Of a DNA stretch of 64,000 nt, positions 44,241-52,787 are shown in pieces (position 1 is the first letter of the stretch; each line of letters starts with the position of its first letter). Source of the stretch: an uncultured Actinomycetes bacterium (GTDB lineage Bacteria > Actinomycetota > UBA4738 > HRBIN12); NCBI GenBank assembly GCA_963728735.1, contig CAVSLX010000012.1:140044-204043 (forward strand), read 5' to 3'. A program made the position numbers and the translations under genes. Under the pieces are notes generated by a model. The model did not search any database. It worked only from the letters and a program-made list of their open reading frames with translations, and had not been told where the DNA came from.

Positions 44241-44690
44241 GTGAAGTCCACGACGATCACCGTGAGCGTCGCCGCGCCCGAGCGCTACGCCTACCTCGAC
44301 CTCACCGACGACCTTTGCCGCGCGATCAAGGATGCGGGCGTGACCGACGGGGCCGCGATCGCGTTCTGTGCCCACACGACATGTGCGCTCCTGATCAACG
44401 AATGGGAAAACGGCGCCTTGGAGGACTTCCGTCGCCACGTGACCGAGCTCGTGCCGCACGACGGCGTCTACTACGCCCACGACGACTTCGACATCCGGAC
44501 GCAGAACCTCCATCGCGACGAGCGGAAGAACGGTCACGCGCACGTGAAGGCGATGTTGCTGTCGGCGACGTCGCATGCGATCCCGGTGGTGGCCGGCGAG
44601 CCCGGCTTCGGGACCTGGCAGCGCCTGATCTTCTTCGAGATGGACGAGCCGAAAGAGCGCACGGTCTCGTTCCATGTCTTCGGTGCGTAG
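44241..44690 (+). CDS. YjbQ/UPF0047 family protein (secondary thiamine-phosphate synthase-like)
   Basis: [72 protein letters not shown]. Confidence 0.75.
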   Translation: MKSTTITVSVAAPERYAYLDLTDDLCRAIKDAGVTDGAAIAFCAHTTCALLINEWENGALEDFRRHVTELVPHDGVYYAHDDFDIRTQNLHRDERKNGHAHVKAMLLSATSHAIPVVAGEPGFGTWQRLIFFEMDEPKERTVSFHVFGA

Positions 44691-44736
44691 CGGCGTCGCC
44701 CCGATCTCGAGCCCTCTCCGTAGACTGGGGGGCGCG

Positions 44737-45825
44737 ATGCTCGAGTCCCGCAGGCACACGCGACAGATCCAGCTCGGCGGGGTGGCGATCGGCGGCGACG
44801 CCCCGGTCTCGATCCAGTCGATGACGACGACGAAGACCGCCGACATCAACGCGACCCTCCAGCAGATCGCGTCGCTCGTGGCGGCCGGCGTCGACATCGT
44901 GCGGGTGGCGGTCCCGCATCGGGAGGACGCAGAGGCCCTCGCGGCGATCGCCGCGAAGTCGACGGTACCGGTCGTCGCCGACATCCACTTCCAATGGAAG
45001 TACGCGATGGCCGCCCTCGAGGCCGGCGTGCAGGGGCTCCGCATCAACCCGGGCAACATCAAGTACCAGGACAAGGTTCGCCTGATCGCCCGCGAGGCGA
45101 AGGCGCGTGGTGTGCCGATCCGGATCGGCGTGAACGCCGGCTCCCTCGAGAAGGAGCTCCTCGAGCGGTACGGGTCCCCGACGCCGGAGGCGCTCGTCGA
45201 ATCGGCCCTACACGAGGCGAGGATCCTCGAGGACGAGGACTTCGTCGACGTGAAGATCTCGGTGAAGCACTCGAGCCCCCGGGTGATGATCGAGGCCTAC
45301 CGACAGCTCGCCGAGAAGTGCGACTACCCGCTCCACCTCGGCGTTACCGAGGCCGGTCCGATGCCGATCGGGGGCGTGAAGTCGGCGGTGGGTATCGGGA
45401 CCCTCCTCGCCGAAGGCATCGGTGACACGATCCGCGTCTCGCTCACCGACGACCCGGTCGAGGAGGTCAAGGTCGGCACGGCGATCCTGCAATCGCTCGG
45501 GCTCAGGGAGCGGGGCCTCGACCTCGTCGCCTGTCCGTCGTGCGGCCGGGCCGAGGTGAACGTGCTCGAGCTCACGAAGCGGGTGAGCGAGGCGATCGAG
45601 CGCGAGGAGTTCTCGGTACCGATACGCGTCGCGGTGATGGGGTGCGTGGTGAACGGGCCGGGGGAGGCAAGGGAGGCCGACGTGGGCATCGCAGCCGGCA
45701 ACGGGCTCGGATTCATCGTTCGGCAGGGCGAAGTCGTCGCCAAGGTGACCGAGGAAGAACTCGTCGACGCCCTTCTGGTCGAGGCGCGAAAGGTCGCCGC
45801 CGAGAAGGAAGCCGCCGGCGTCTGA
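44737..45825 (+). CDS. ispG: 4-hydroxy-3-methylbut-2-enyl diphosphate synthase
   Basis: [69 protein letters not shown]. Confidence 0.9.
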   Translation: MLESRRHTRQIQLGGVAIGGDAPVSIQSMTTTKTADINATLQQIASLVAAGVDIVRVAVPHREDAEALAAIAAKSTVPVVADIHFQWKYAMAALEAGVQGLRINPGNIKYQDKVRLIAREAKARGVPIRIGVNAGSLEKELLERYGSPTPEALVESALHEARILEDEDFVDVKISVKHSSPRVMIEAYRQLAEKCDYPLHLGVTEAGPMPIGGVKSAVGIGTLLAEGIGDTIRVSLTDDPVEEVKVGTAILQSLGLRERGLDLVACPSCGRAEVNVLELTKRVSEAIEREEFSVPIRVAVMGCVVNGPGEAREADVGIAAGNGLGFIVRQGEVVAKVTEEELVDALLVEARKVAAEKEAAGV

Positions 45826-45843
45826 CCGGGTCGACGGGGTCGT

Positions 45844-46995
45844 CTACGGGGCCCCGATCGCAGGACTGAGGCGTTCTTCGGGCCGCGTCACCCAGAGCAC
45901 GACGGTGCCGACGAGGCAGGCGTTCCGGGCGAACGCGAGCCACCGGAGGGCGACATCGAGGTCCTCGGGCGAGCGGAGCGCGAGGATCCCGGACAGCGCG
46001 ATCGAGACCGCGGCGACGCTCGCGACCCGCCGCGCCTCGCGATCGCCCTGGAGCGCGATCGCCGCCCACGGCACCAGCCAGGTGCCGTGCAGGACCGGCG
46101 AGACGGGGGCGAAGACCAGGAGCGACGCGGTCACGGCGAGCGCCGTGCCGCCGAACGGGTCGCGCGCGCGGTCGCGGGCGGCCTCGTACCAGAGGACGAG
46201 CAGGGTCAGGGCGAGGCCGACGAGGAGCAGCGCCTTCGCCCACGCGGGGATCACCCCCAGGCGGAGGACCCCCGCTTCGAGGATCGTCTGACCGTTCGAG
46301 ACGATCCACGCGACGTTGCCCACGGTGCTGTCCACCGCCCACCCGAGGGCGCCGCGAGAGCCGAGCACGTGGAACGGGCCGTCCCGGCCTCCCCATGCGA
46401 ACCAGGCGACGCCTGCCACCCCGGCGACGATGGCGGTGGCCGCGAGCGCCCGCGTGCGGCGGCCGATCCACATCGCCGGGATCAGGGCGACCGGCCAGAG
46501 CTTGCAGAGGATCGCGAGCGCCATGAGCGTGCCCGCCGAGCCGTCCCGCCGGCTGCGCAGCAACGCCGCCGCCCAGGCGGCGAGGGCGACCGACACGAAA
46601 TCGAGCCGGAGGTACGCGATCCCCAGGAGCGGAAGGCCGAGGAGCAGGTACCCGCCCGCGGCGCGCCGACCCCACCCGTGCGCGAGCGCCGCGGCCGCCG
46701 TCAGGTCGGCGACCACCGCGATCACGGCGACGCGGCGGGCCGTCCCGGTGACCCCATCGCCACCGATGAGGTCGATCGCCGCGGTCTCTAGGGGCATGAG
46801 GGCGATCGCGAAGTCTCGGTAGGGGGTTGCCGGCGAGGTGGCGATGGTCTCGGCCCGCACGATCCACGGATCGTCAGGCGGCGGATCGATCAACACGAGG
46901 GCCACGACCAGCAGTCGGACGGCGATGAGTGCCCCGAGGATCCACTGTGCCGACACGTCGAGGGCCGCGCTCCGAACCCGGTCCCTCGTCGCCAT
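45844..46995 (-). CDS. polytopic membrane protein, GT-C-type glycosyltransferase-like (DUF2029-like); function uncertain
   Basis: About 10 predicted hydrophobic helices throughout (LGALIAVRLLVVALVLI, VIAVVADLTAAAALA, LMALAILCKLWPVALIPAMW ..). Family call by eye only. ATG 46995 (alternative TTG 47004). Confidence 0.4.
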   Translation of the reverse strand: MATRDRVRSAALDVSAQWILGALIAVRLLVVALVLIDPPPDDPWIVRAETIATSPATPYRDFAIALMPLETAAIDLIGGDGVTGTARRVAVIAVVADLTAAAALAHGWGRRAAGGYLLLGLPLLGIAYLRLDFVSVALAAWAAALLRSRRDGSAGTLMALAILCKLWPVALIPAMWIGRRTRALAATAIVAGVAGVAWFAWGGRDGPFHVLGSRGALGWAVDSTVGNVAWIVSNGQTILEAGVLRLGVIPAWAKALLLVGLALTLLVLWYEAARDRARDPFGGTALAVTASLLVFAPVSPVLHGTWLVPWAAIALQGDREARRVASVAAVSIALSGILALRSPEDLDVALRWLAFARNACLVGTVVLWVTRPEERLSPAIGAP

Positions 46996-47036
46996 GGCGC
47001 TCAACCGTAGCCGTCCGGCGTGCCGATGACGAGGGC

Positions 47037-47996
47037 ATGCGCCGCGTCCTCGTCTCGGTCGTGCTCCTCGGCGCCCTCACGACCGTCGGCGCGGCCCCGT
47101 CGAGTGCCGGCGAGCTGCCGGAGACCTCCTGTGAGGTCTTCCCGTCTGACAATGCCTGGCATCTCGATGTGTCGGCATTGCCGATCCATCCGAAGCACGA
47201 CGCCTGGATGAGGGCGACCCACGCGCGGCGGACGCTGCTGCACCCTGATTTCGGGCCGCCCACCTATGGGATCCCCTACGACGTGGTCGGGTCGGGTCAC
47301 CGCCGCGTCAGGATCGACTTCCGTTACGCGAGCGAGAGCGACGGCGGGCGGTATCCGTTCGGGCCGGACATCGCGATCGAAGGCGGCTCCGATCGGCACG
47401 CGCTGATCGTCGACCGGAGCGACTGCATCCTCTATGAGCTCTTCGACGCCCGCTGGAACGGTGGGGATCCCGGCGCCGGGAGCGGAGCCGTGTTCCGGCT
47501 CGAGGGGCCGGAGGCCAACGAGCTGCGCCCGGCGGGCTGGACGAGCGCGGACGCGGCGGGGCTCCCGATCCTGCCAGGGCTCGTGCGCGCCGACGAGGTC
47601 GAGGCCGGCCTGATCGACCACGCCCTCCGGTTCACGGTGTCGTGCACGTCGGATCACTTCTTGTGGCCGGCGCGTCACGCCGCCGCGACCGGCGGCCCGT
47701 CCTGCCCACCGATGGGGGCTCGGTTCCGGCTCCGGGCCGGATTCGACCTGTCGGCGTTCTCCCACGACGCCGTGGTGGTGCTGCGAGCGATGCAGACCTT
47801 CGGGCTCATCGTGGCGGACAACGGGAGCGACTGGTACGTGCAAGGGACCGTCGACGATCGGTGGACGAACCGGCTCCTCGACCAGCTCAAACAGGTACCT
47901 GGGAGGGCGTTCCAGGCCGTGGACGCGCGGGGCTGCATGGTGGACCCGGACTCGGCCGCGTTCGCGTACGGTCCGGCCTGCCCGGCGCCCGCCTGA
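47037..47996 (+). CDS. secreted protein of unknown function
   Basis: Signal peptide MRRVLVSVVLLGALTTVGAAPSSAG. No recognisable catalytic family. Motifs HALIVDRSDCILYELFDARW and GLIVADNGSDWYVQG. Confidence 0.5.
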   Translation: MRRVLVSVVLLGALTTVGAAPSSAGELPETSCEVFPSDNAWHLDVSALPIHPKHDAWMRATHARRTLLHPDFGPPTYGIPYDVVGSGHRRVRIDFRYASESDGGRYPFGPDIAIEGGSDRHALIVDRSDCILYELFDARWNGGDPGAGSGAVFRLEGPEANELRPAGWTSADAAGLPILPGLVRADEVEAGLIDHALRFTVSCTSDHFLWPARHAAATGGPSCPPMGARFRLRAGFDLSAFSHDAVVVLRAMQTFGLIVADNGSDWYVQGTVDDRWTNRLLDQLKQVPGRAFQAVDARGCMVDPDSAAFAYGPACPAPA

Positions 47997-48015
47997 TCGG
48001 CGGTGCCGGAACCGC

Positions 48016-48585
48016 TCAGCGCGGTGCCCGCTGCAGAAAGTTCTCCACGATCCGCGGCCCTTCGGGCGTGAGGATGCTCTCGGGGTGGAACTGCACACCG
48101 AACCGCGGAAGCTCCCGATGCTCGGTCGCCATCACGAGCCCGTCCTCGGTCCAGGCCGTCAAGGCGAGCTCGGGCGGCAGGTCGTCGCGTTCGACCACGA
48201 GGGAGTGATAGCGGCCGGCTTCGAACGGGGAGCTGATGCCCTCGAGGATGCCCGCCCCGTCGTGATGGACGAGCGAGGCCTTCCCGTGCACCGGTGCCGC
48301 CCGATCGACGGTCCCGCCGGCCTCCAGACCGATCGCCTGGTGGCCGAGGCAGACGCCGAGCACCGGCGTCTCGCCGGGGAGCGTCTTGAGGAGCTCGGTG
48401 AAGCACCCGGCGTCGCGGGGATGTCCCGGGCCCGGCGAGAGCACGACGGCCTCCGGTCGCATCGCCACCAGCTCGCGCGCGGGCCGCTCATCGCTCTTCA
48501 CGACCACGGTGTCGCGCCCGAGCCCCTCGATGAGCTGGACGAGGTTGTAGGTGAACGAGTCGTAATGATCGACGACGAGGATCAT
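48016..48585 (-). CDS. trpG: anthranilate synthase component II (glutamine amidotransferase; TrpG/PabA type)
   Basis: MILVVDHYDSFTYNLVQ..LSPGPGHP..GVCLGHQAI..QFHPESILT. ATGA overlap with the trpE stop. Confidence 0.8.
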   Translation of the reverse strand: MILVVDHYDSFTYNLVQLIEGLGRDTVVVKSDERPARELVAMRPEAVVLSPGPGHPRDAGCFTELLKTLPGETPVLGVCLGHQAIGLEAGGTVDRAAPVHGKASLVHHDGAGILEGISSPFEAGRYHSLVVERDDLPPELALTAWTEDGLVMATEHRELPRFGVQFHPESILTPEGPRIVENFLQRAPR

Positions 48586-50075
48586 CCCGCGACCCCCAGA
48601 CCCGGTGCGGCACCGTCCGTCGCGACCGCGGGTATCAGGGCCGCGGCCTTGGCTTTCGTTTCCTGCAGTTCGAACTCGGGATCGCTGTCGGCCACCACGC
48701 CCGCGCCCGTCTGGACGCTCGCCCGCCCGTGCTCGACGAGCGCGGTGCGGATCGTGATGCAGAAGTCGAGGTCGCCGGCGAACGTGAGGTAGCCGACGGC
48801 GCCGGCGTAGGGCCCCCGCGCGGTGGGCTCGTGCTCGGCGATCAGCTCCATCGCCCGGCGCTTCGGGGCTCCGGTCACCGTGCCGGCCGGGAACGTCACG
48901 GCGAGCGCGTCGAGCGGATGCACGTCCTCGCGGAGCTCGCCTTCGACGGTCGACACGATGTGCATCACCTTCGTGAAGCGCTCGACCTCCATCAGCTCGG
49001 TCGGGCGGACGCTGCCGGGCACGCACACGCGCCCGAGATCGTTACGGGCGAGATCGACGAGCATCGCGTGCTCGGCCTGCTCCTTCGGGTCGGCGAGCAG
49101 CTCGTGCTCGAGCAGCCGGTCGCGGACCTCGGTCCGCCCCCTCGGACGTGTTCCCGCGATCGGCCGCGTCCAGACCCGCCGACCCTCCACGCGCACGAGC
49201 GGCTCGGGCGAGGAGCCGGCGAGCTCCATGTCGAGCATCCGGAGGAAGAACATGTAGGGAGCGGGATTCGTCACCCGAAGTCGACGGTAGATCGGGAAGC
49301 CGCCGTCGGGCGCGGCGAACGACACCCGGCGCGACGGTACCCCCTGGAAGATGTCGCCGGCCATGATGTGCTCGCGGAACGACGACACGATCTCGCGGTA
49401 ACGTTCGTCGGGCATGTTCGTCTCGCCCGGCTCATCGGATGCCGGCGACAGTCGCGCGAGCGGGACCGGGTCAGCATTCGAGATCGTGTCGACGAGCTGA
49501 TGCAGCGCCCCCATACCAGCGTCGTAGCCCCCCGCCGGGACGTGCGCGACGAGCACGAGCCGTTGGCGCCAGTGGTCGAACACGACCGCTCGATCAACGA
49601 CGAGGAGCCCGATAGGAGGGCACGGCGCCTCGTCGGGATGTGGGGCGGGATGGCCGTCGAGGAGCGCGGCCGCTTCGTAGGCGAGTGAGCCCATCAATCC
49701 TCCGGTGAGCGGCGGCAGGTCCGGAAGCCGAGGTGCCCGGAGTTGCCTCGCGAGCTCGATCAGCGCATGGCGAGGGTCGCCCTGGGGCGCGCCGATCGGC
49801 AACGGGCGGACCACATCGGTGAACCGCACGCCGTCGGCGTCCGCCACGATCACGGCGGCGGGGTCGCCCGCGACGAACGAGTAGCGGCCCCAGCGCTCCG
49901 AGCGCTCGACCGACTCCAGGAGGATCCCGGGTCCGTCACCCGCGAGCGCCGGGAACAGCCCGACGGGCGTCGCGACGTCGGCGAGCAGTTCCGCCCAGAC
50001 CGGGACGAGCGGCCAGGTCGTCGCGAGCCGCTCGAACGTTTCGCGGTCGGGCCGGATCTCGAGGTTCCCCTTCAC
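48582..50075 (-). CDS. trpE: anthranilate synthase component I
   Basis: Chorismate-binding family: FPAGTVTGAPKRRAMELI..GPYAGAVGYLTFAGDLDFCITIRT. The Trp-codon leader upstream favours TrpE over PabB. GTG 50075. Confidence 0.8.
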   Translation of the reverse strand: MKGNLEIRPDRETFERLATTWPLVPVWAELLADVATPVGLFPALAGDGPGILLESVERSERWGRYSFVAGDPAAVIVADADGVRFTDVVRPLPIGAPQGDPRHALIELARQLRAPRLPDLPPLTGGLMGSLAYEAAALLDGHPAPHPDEAPCPPIGLLVVDRAVVFDHWRQRLVLVAHVPAGGYDAGMGALHQLVDTISNADPVPLARLSPASDEPGETNMPDERYREIVSSFREHIMAGDIFQGVPSRRVSFAAPDGGFPIYRRLRVTNPAPYMFFLRMLDMELAGSSPEPLVRVEGRRVWTRPIAGTRPRGRTEVRDRLLEHELLADPKEQAEHAMLVDLARNDLGRVCVPGSVRPTELMEVERFTKVMHIVSTVEGELREDVHPLDALAVTFPAGTVTGAPKRRAMELIAEHEPTARGPYAGAVGYLTFAGDLDFCITIRTALVEHGRASVQTGAGVVADSDPEFELQETKAKAAALIPAVATDGAAPGLGVAG

Positions 50076-50126
50076 GTTCTTCCCTTCATCAGTTCGTGCA
50101 CTTCATCAGTTCGTGCCCTTCATCGG
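50072..50126 (-). repeat. 17-nt tandem array (3 units) forming three chained 5-codon mini-ORFs (MKGTN*, MKCTN*, MKGRT*) that overlap each other and the trpE start
   Basis: Minus strand: ATGAAGGGCACGAACTG ATGAAGTGCACGAACTG ATGAAGGGAAGAACGTG AAGGGG. ATGs at 50123, 50106 and 50089. TGATG overlaps between units. The last TGA overlaps trpE GTG 50075. Confidence 0.6.
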
Positions 50127-50145
50127 ATGTTTCGTGGCGGAGGCC

Positions 50146-50181
50146 GGAAAACGCGGAACCCCGGACCGATCCGGCCCGGGG
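50146..50181 (-). terminator. candidate attenuator terminator in the trpE leader
   Basis: Minus strand: CCCCGGGCC-ggatc-GGTCCGGGG (9 bp, one G-U) followed by TTCCGCGTTTTCC. Lies between the leader ORF stop and trpE. Confidence 0.4.
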
Positions 50182-50208
50182 CTCGTGGATGTCGCGACGG
50201 TGCGTGCG

Positions 50209-50277
50209 TCAGACGCCGAACAGCGACGGGCTCCACGAGCCCTCGCGCCACACCCAGGTCGCTCGGCAGATCGACAT
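50209..50277 (-). CDS. trpL: candidate trp leader peptide (22 aa, 3 Trp codons)
   Basis: Own translation: ATG TCG ATC TGC CGA GCG ACC TGG GTG TGG CGC GAG GGC TCG TGG AGC CCG TCG CTG TTC GGC GTC TGA = MSICRATWVWREGSWSPSLFGV*. Upstream is TTGACG-N18-GACCAT-N9-ATG. No Shine-Dalgarno sequence. Confidence 0.45.
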   Translation of the reverse strand: MSICRATWVWREGSWSPSLFGV

Positions 50278-50395
50278 CGTGCGCGGATGGTCGCACGCCG
50301 CCCCGACGGACGTCAACGCGCCCGGGACGAGGGAACCATCCCTCGGGCCCTCGCGCAGCCGAGGAGCCGTGCCCTGCCGGTATCCTGAACCCTCT

Positions 50396-52099
50396 ATGCG
50401 CGCTTCCGCCCTCTACGCGCCGACGCTCCGGGAGGATCCGGCCGACGCCGAGATCGCCTCTCATCGGCTGTTGCTCCGGGGCGGCTTCATCCGTCAGGTC
50501 GCCGCGGGGGTGTACACGGCGCTTCCGCTGGGCCTGCGGGTGATGCGAAAGATCGAGCGGATCGTGCGCGAGGAGATGGACGCCACCGGCGCCTCCGAGC
50601 TGCGGATGCCGATCACGCTCCCTGCCGACCCCTGGAAGGCGACGGGCCGATGGGAGCTCTACGGCGATCAGATCTTCCGGCTCCACGACCGCCACGACCG
50701 CGAGATGCTCCTCGGCCCCACCCAAGAGGAGGTCGTGGCCGAGCTCGTCAAGATGGACCAGCCCTCGTATCGCGACCTCCCTCTCCACGTCTACCAGGTG
50801 GAGTGGAAGTATCGGGACGAGTTCCGACCTCGGTTCGGCCTCCTGCGCGCCCGTGAGTTCCTGATGAAGGACGCGTATTCGGTGGACCGGGATGACGAGG
50901 GGATGCGCCGCTCCTATCAGCTCATGTACGAGGCCTACGAGCGGGTGTTCGATCGCTGCGGCATGGACTGGGTGGTCGTGGAGGCCGAGCCCGGTCAGAT
51001 CGGTGGCGGCGTGAATCACGAGTTCATGGCGAGGGCCACGGTCGGCGAGGACCTGTTCGTTGCATGCGAGCACGGGGACTACCTGTCCGACGTGAAAGCC
51101 GCACGACCGATGCCGCCGGAGCCCGCGGGCGAGGGGCGAGAGGCCCTCATGGTCCTCGACACGCCGGGGACCCCGACGATCGAGTCGCTCTGCGAGCTCC
51201 TCGGATGCCGGGCCGACGAAACGCTCAAGGTCGTGATGTTCGACGCCGCAGGCTCGTCGGTCGCCGCCCTTGTCCCCGGCGATCGCGAGGTCAACGAGGC
51301 CAAGCTCGAACGGGCGCTGTTCCCGACGCCGGTTCGGCGCTTCGACGATGATGACTTCGCCGAACGTGGGTTGGTGAAGGGCTACATCGGGCCTCAGGGC
51401 TTCGCCGACGACGTGCTCGTCCTCGCGGACCATACGGTCCGCGGCGGCCGGGACTGGATCACCGGGGCGGGCGAGGCGGATCGGCACGTGCGGGGTGCCA
51501 ACGTGGGCCGGGACTTCCAGGTCGATCGGTACGAAGATCTCGTGGAGCTGCGCGACGGGGACCGCTGCCCGGTCGACGGGGGATCGTTGCGGATCGGCCG
51601 TGGGATCGTCGTCGGCCACATCTACCAGCTCGGATCCCACTATTCCGGGCCGCTCGAGGCGACCTTCATCGACGAGGACGGGTCGCGTCGGTCCGTGCAG
51701 ATGGGCAGCTACGGCATCGGCATCACGCGCATCGTCGCGGCCGCGGCGGAGCAGTATCACGATGACGCGGGGCTGAGGTGGCCGAAGGCGCTCGCGCCTT
51801 TCGAGGCGGTGATCGTTCGGGCCACGACCGATGAGACCACGATCGACGAAGCCGAGCGTATCCACGGCGAGCTTCGCGAGCGCGGGGTCGACGTCCTTCT
51901 CGACGATCGCGACGCGCGCGCCGGCGTCAAATTCGCGGACGCCGATCTGATCGGCTACCCCGTGCAGGTCGTGATCGGCTCGAAAGGTGTCGCCGCGGGG
52001 ACGGTCGACCTCAAGGTCCGGGCGAGCGGGGAGCGCACCTCCGCCCCCCTGGCCGACGCGGTCGAGGCCGTGGAGGCTCTGCTCGCGTCGAGCCCGTAG
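50396..52099 (+). CDS. proS: proline--tRNA ligase
   Basis: MRASALYAPTLREDPADAEIASHRLLLRGGFIRQV..class II motifs YQVEWKYRDEFRPRFGLLRAREFLMKDAYS..GSYGIGITR. ATG 50396 lies within ORF 50096..52099. Confidence 0.95.
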   Translation: MRASALYAPTLREDPADAEIASHRLLLRGGFIRQVAAGVYTALPLGLRVMRKIERIVREEMDATGASELRMPITLPADPWKATGRWELYGDQIFRLHDRHDREMLLGPTQEEVVAELVKMDQPSYRDLPLHVYQVEWKYRDEFRPRFGLLRAREFLMKDAYSVDRDDEGMRRSYQLMYEAYERVFDRCGMDWVVVEAEPGQIGGGVNHEFMARATVGEDLFVACEHGDYLSDVKAARPMPPEPAGEGREALMVLDTPGTPTIESLCELLGCRADETLKVVMFDAAGSSVAALVPGDREVNEAKLERALFPTPVRRFDDDDFAERGLVKGYIGPQGFADDVLVLADHTVRGGRDWITGAGEADRHVRGANVGRDFQVDRYEDLVELRDGDRCPVDGGSLRIGRGIVVGHIYQLGSHYSGPLEATFIDEDGSRRSVQMGSYGIGITRIVAAAAEQYHDDAGLRWPKALAPFEAVIVRATTDETTIDEAERIHGELRERGVDVLLDDRDARAGVKFADADLIGYPVQVVIGSKGVAAGTVDLKVRASGERTSAPLADAVEAVEALLASSP

Positions 52100-52278
52100 A
52101 CGGGCCTCGGGTCGGCCGTTAGGGTTGCGCGACCGAACAGCCCTGGGAGTCCCCGTCGAGCTCGCGAACCCTCGGGCGTGCTCCTGCCGAGCTCTGGTTG
52201 CGAGCATCGCAACGACGGCGAACCCACGCGGGGCGGCTATACTCTGCGGGTACGAACGAACCCGTTGCACGTCCGCAA

Positions 52279-52306
52279 GGTGGGCTCGCGCCCACCTTTC
52301 GTTTCG
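52279..52306 (+). terminator. intrinsic-terminator-like hairpin in the rimP-nusA-infB leader
   Basis: GGTGGGC-tcgc-GCCCACC followed by TTTCGTTTCG, 14 nt before rimP GTG 52320. A TATACT -10-like hexamer lies about 40 nt upstream. Confidence 0.4.
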
Positions 52307-52319
52307 AGGGGGTGGGTCG

Positions 52320-52787
52320 GTGGAAGCGGAAACGCTGGTCCGGCCCGTCGTCGAGCACCTCGGGCTCGAGGTCGTCGAGATCGCGTTTCGGCGCGAGGCG
52401 GGCAGGCGGATCCTGCGCGTCACGGTCGACCGTGACGGCGGCGTCGACCTCGAGACGATCGCGCGGGTGTCGGAGATGGTCTCTCGCAGGCTCGATCTCG
52501 AGGGATTCGACCGAGGTCCCTACGAGCTCGAGGTGAGCTCGCCCGGGATCGAGCGCCCGCTCCGCACGCCGGGGCAGTTCCGGCGGGTGGTGGGCGCGAG
52601 GGTGCGAGTCAAGACGGCCGTGCCCGTGGACGGGGCAAAGGTACACGAGGGTGCGCTGGTCGGGGCCGACGACGCGACCGTGACGGTCGAGGTCGGCGGC
52701 GCCGAGCGGCGCATCCCGCTCGCCGACGTGCGATCGGCTCGCACGGTCGTCAACTGGGAAGCCGAGCTGAAGGGGAGCAACGCATGA
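52320..52787 (+). CDS. rimP: ribosome maturation factor RimP
   Basis: VEAETLVRPVVEHLGLEVVEIAF..RILRVTVDRDGGVDLETIARVSEMVSRRLD..YELEVSSPGIERPL. GAGGGGG RBS. Confidence 0.85.
   Translation: MEAETLVRPVVEHLGLEVVEIAFRREAGRRILRVTVDRDGGVDLETIARVSEMVSRRLDLEGFDRGPYELEVSSPGIERPLRTPGQFRRVVGARVRVKTAVPVDGAKVHEGALVGADDATVTVEVGGAERRIPLADVRSARTVVNWEAELKGSNA

Noticed and set aside
48016-50075. TrpE/TrpG pair could instead be PabB/PabA (aminodeoxychorismate synthase), since no trpD/C/B/A genes are adjacent
   Set aside because: The upstream leader ORF with three Trp codons and a terminator-like hairpin points to tryptophan-responsive control. Still unproven; a phylogeny of the component I protein would settle it.
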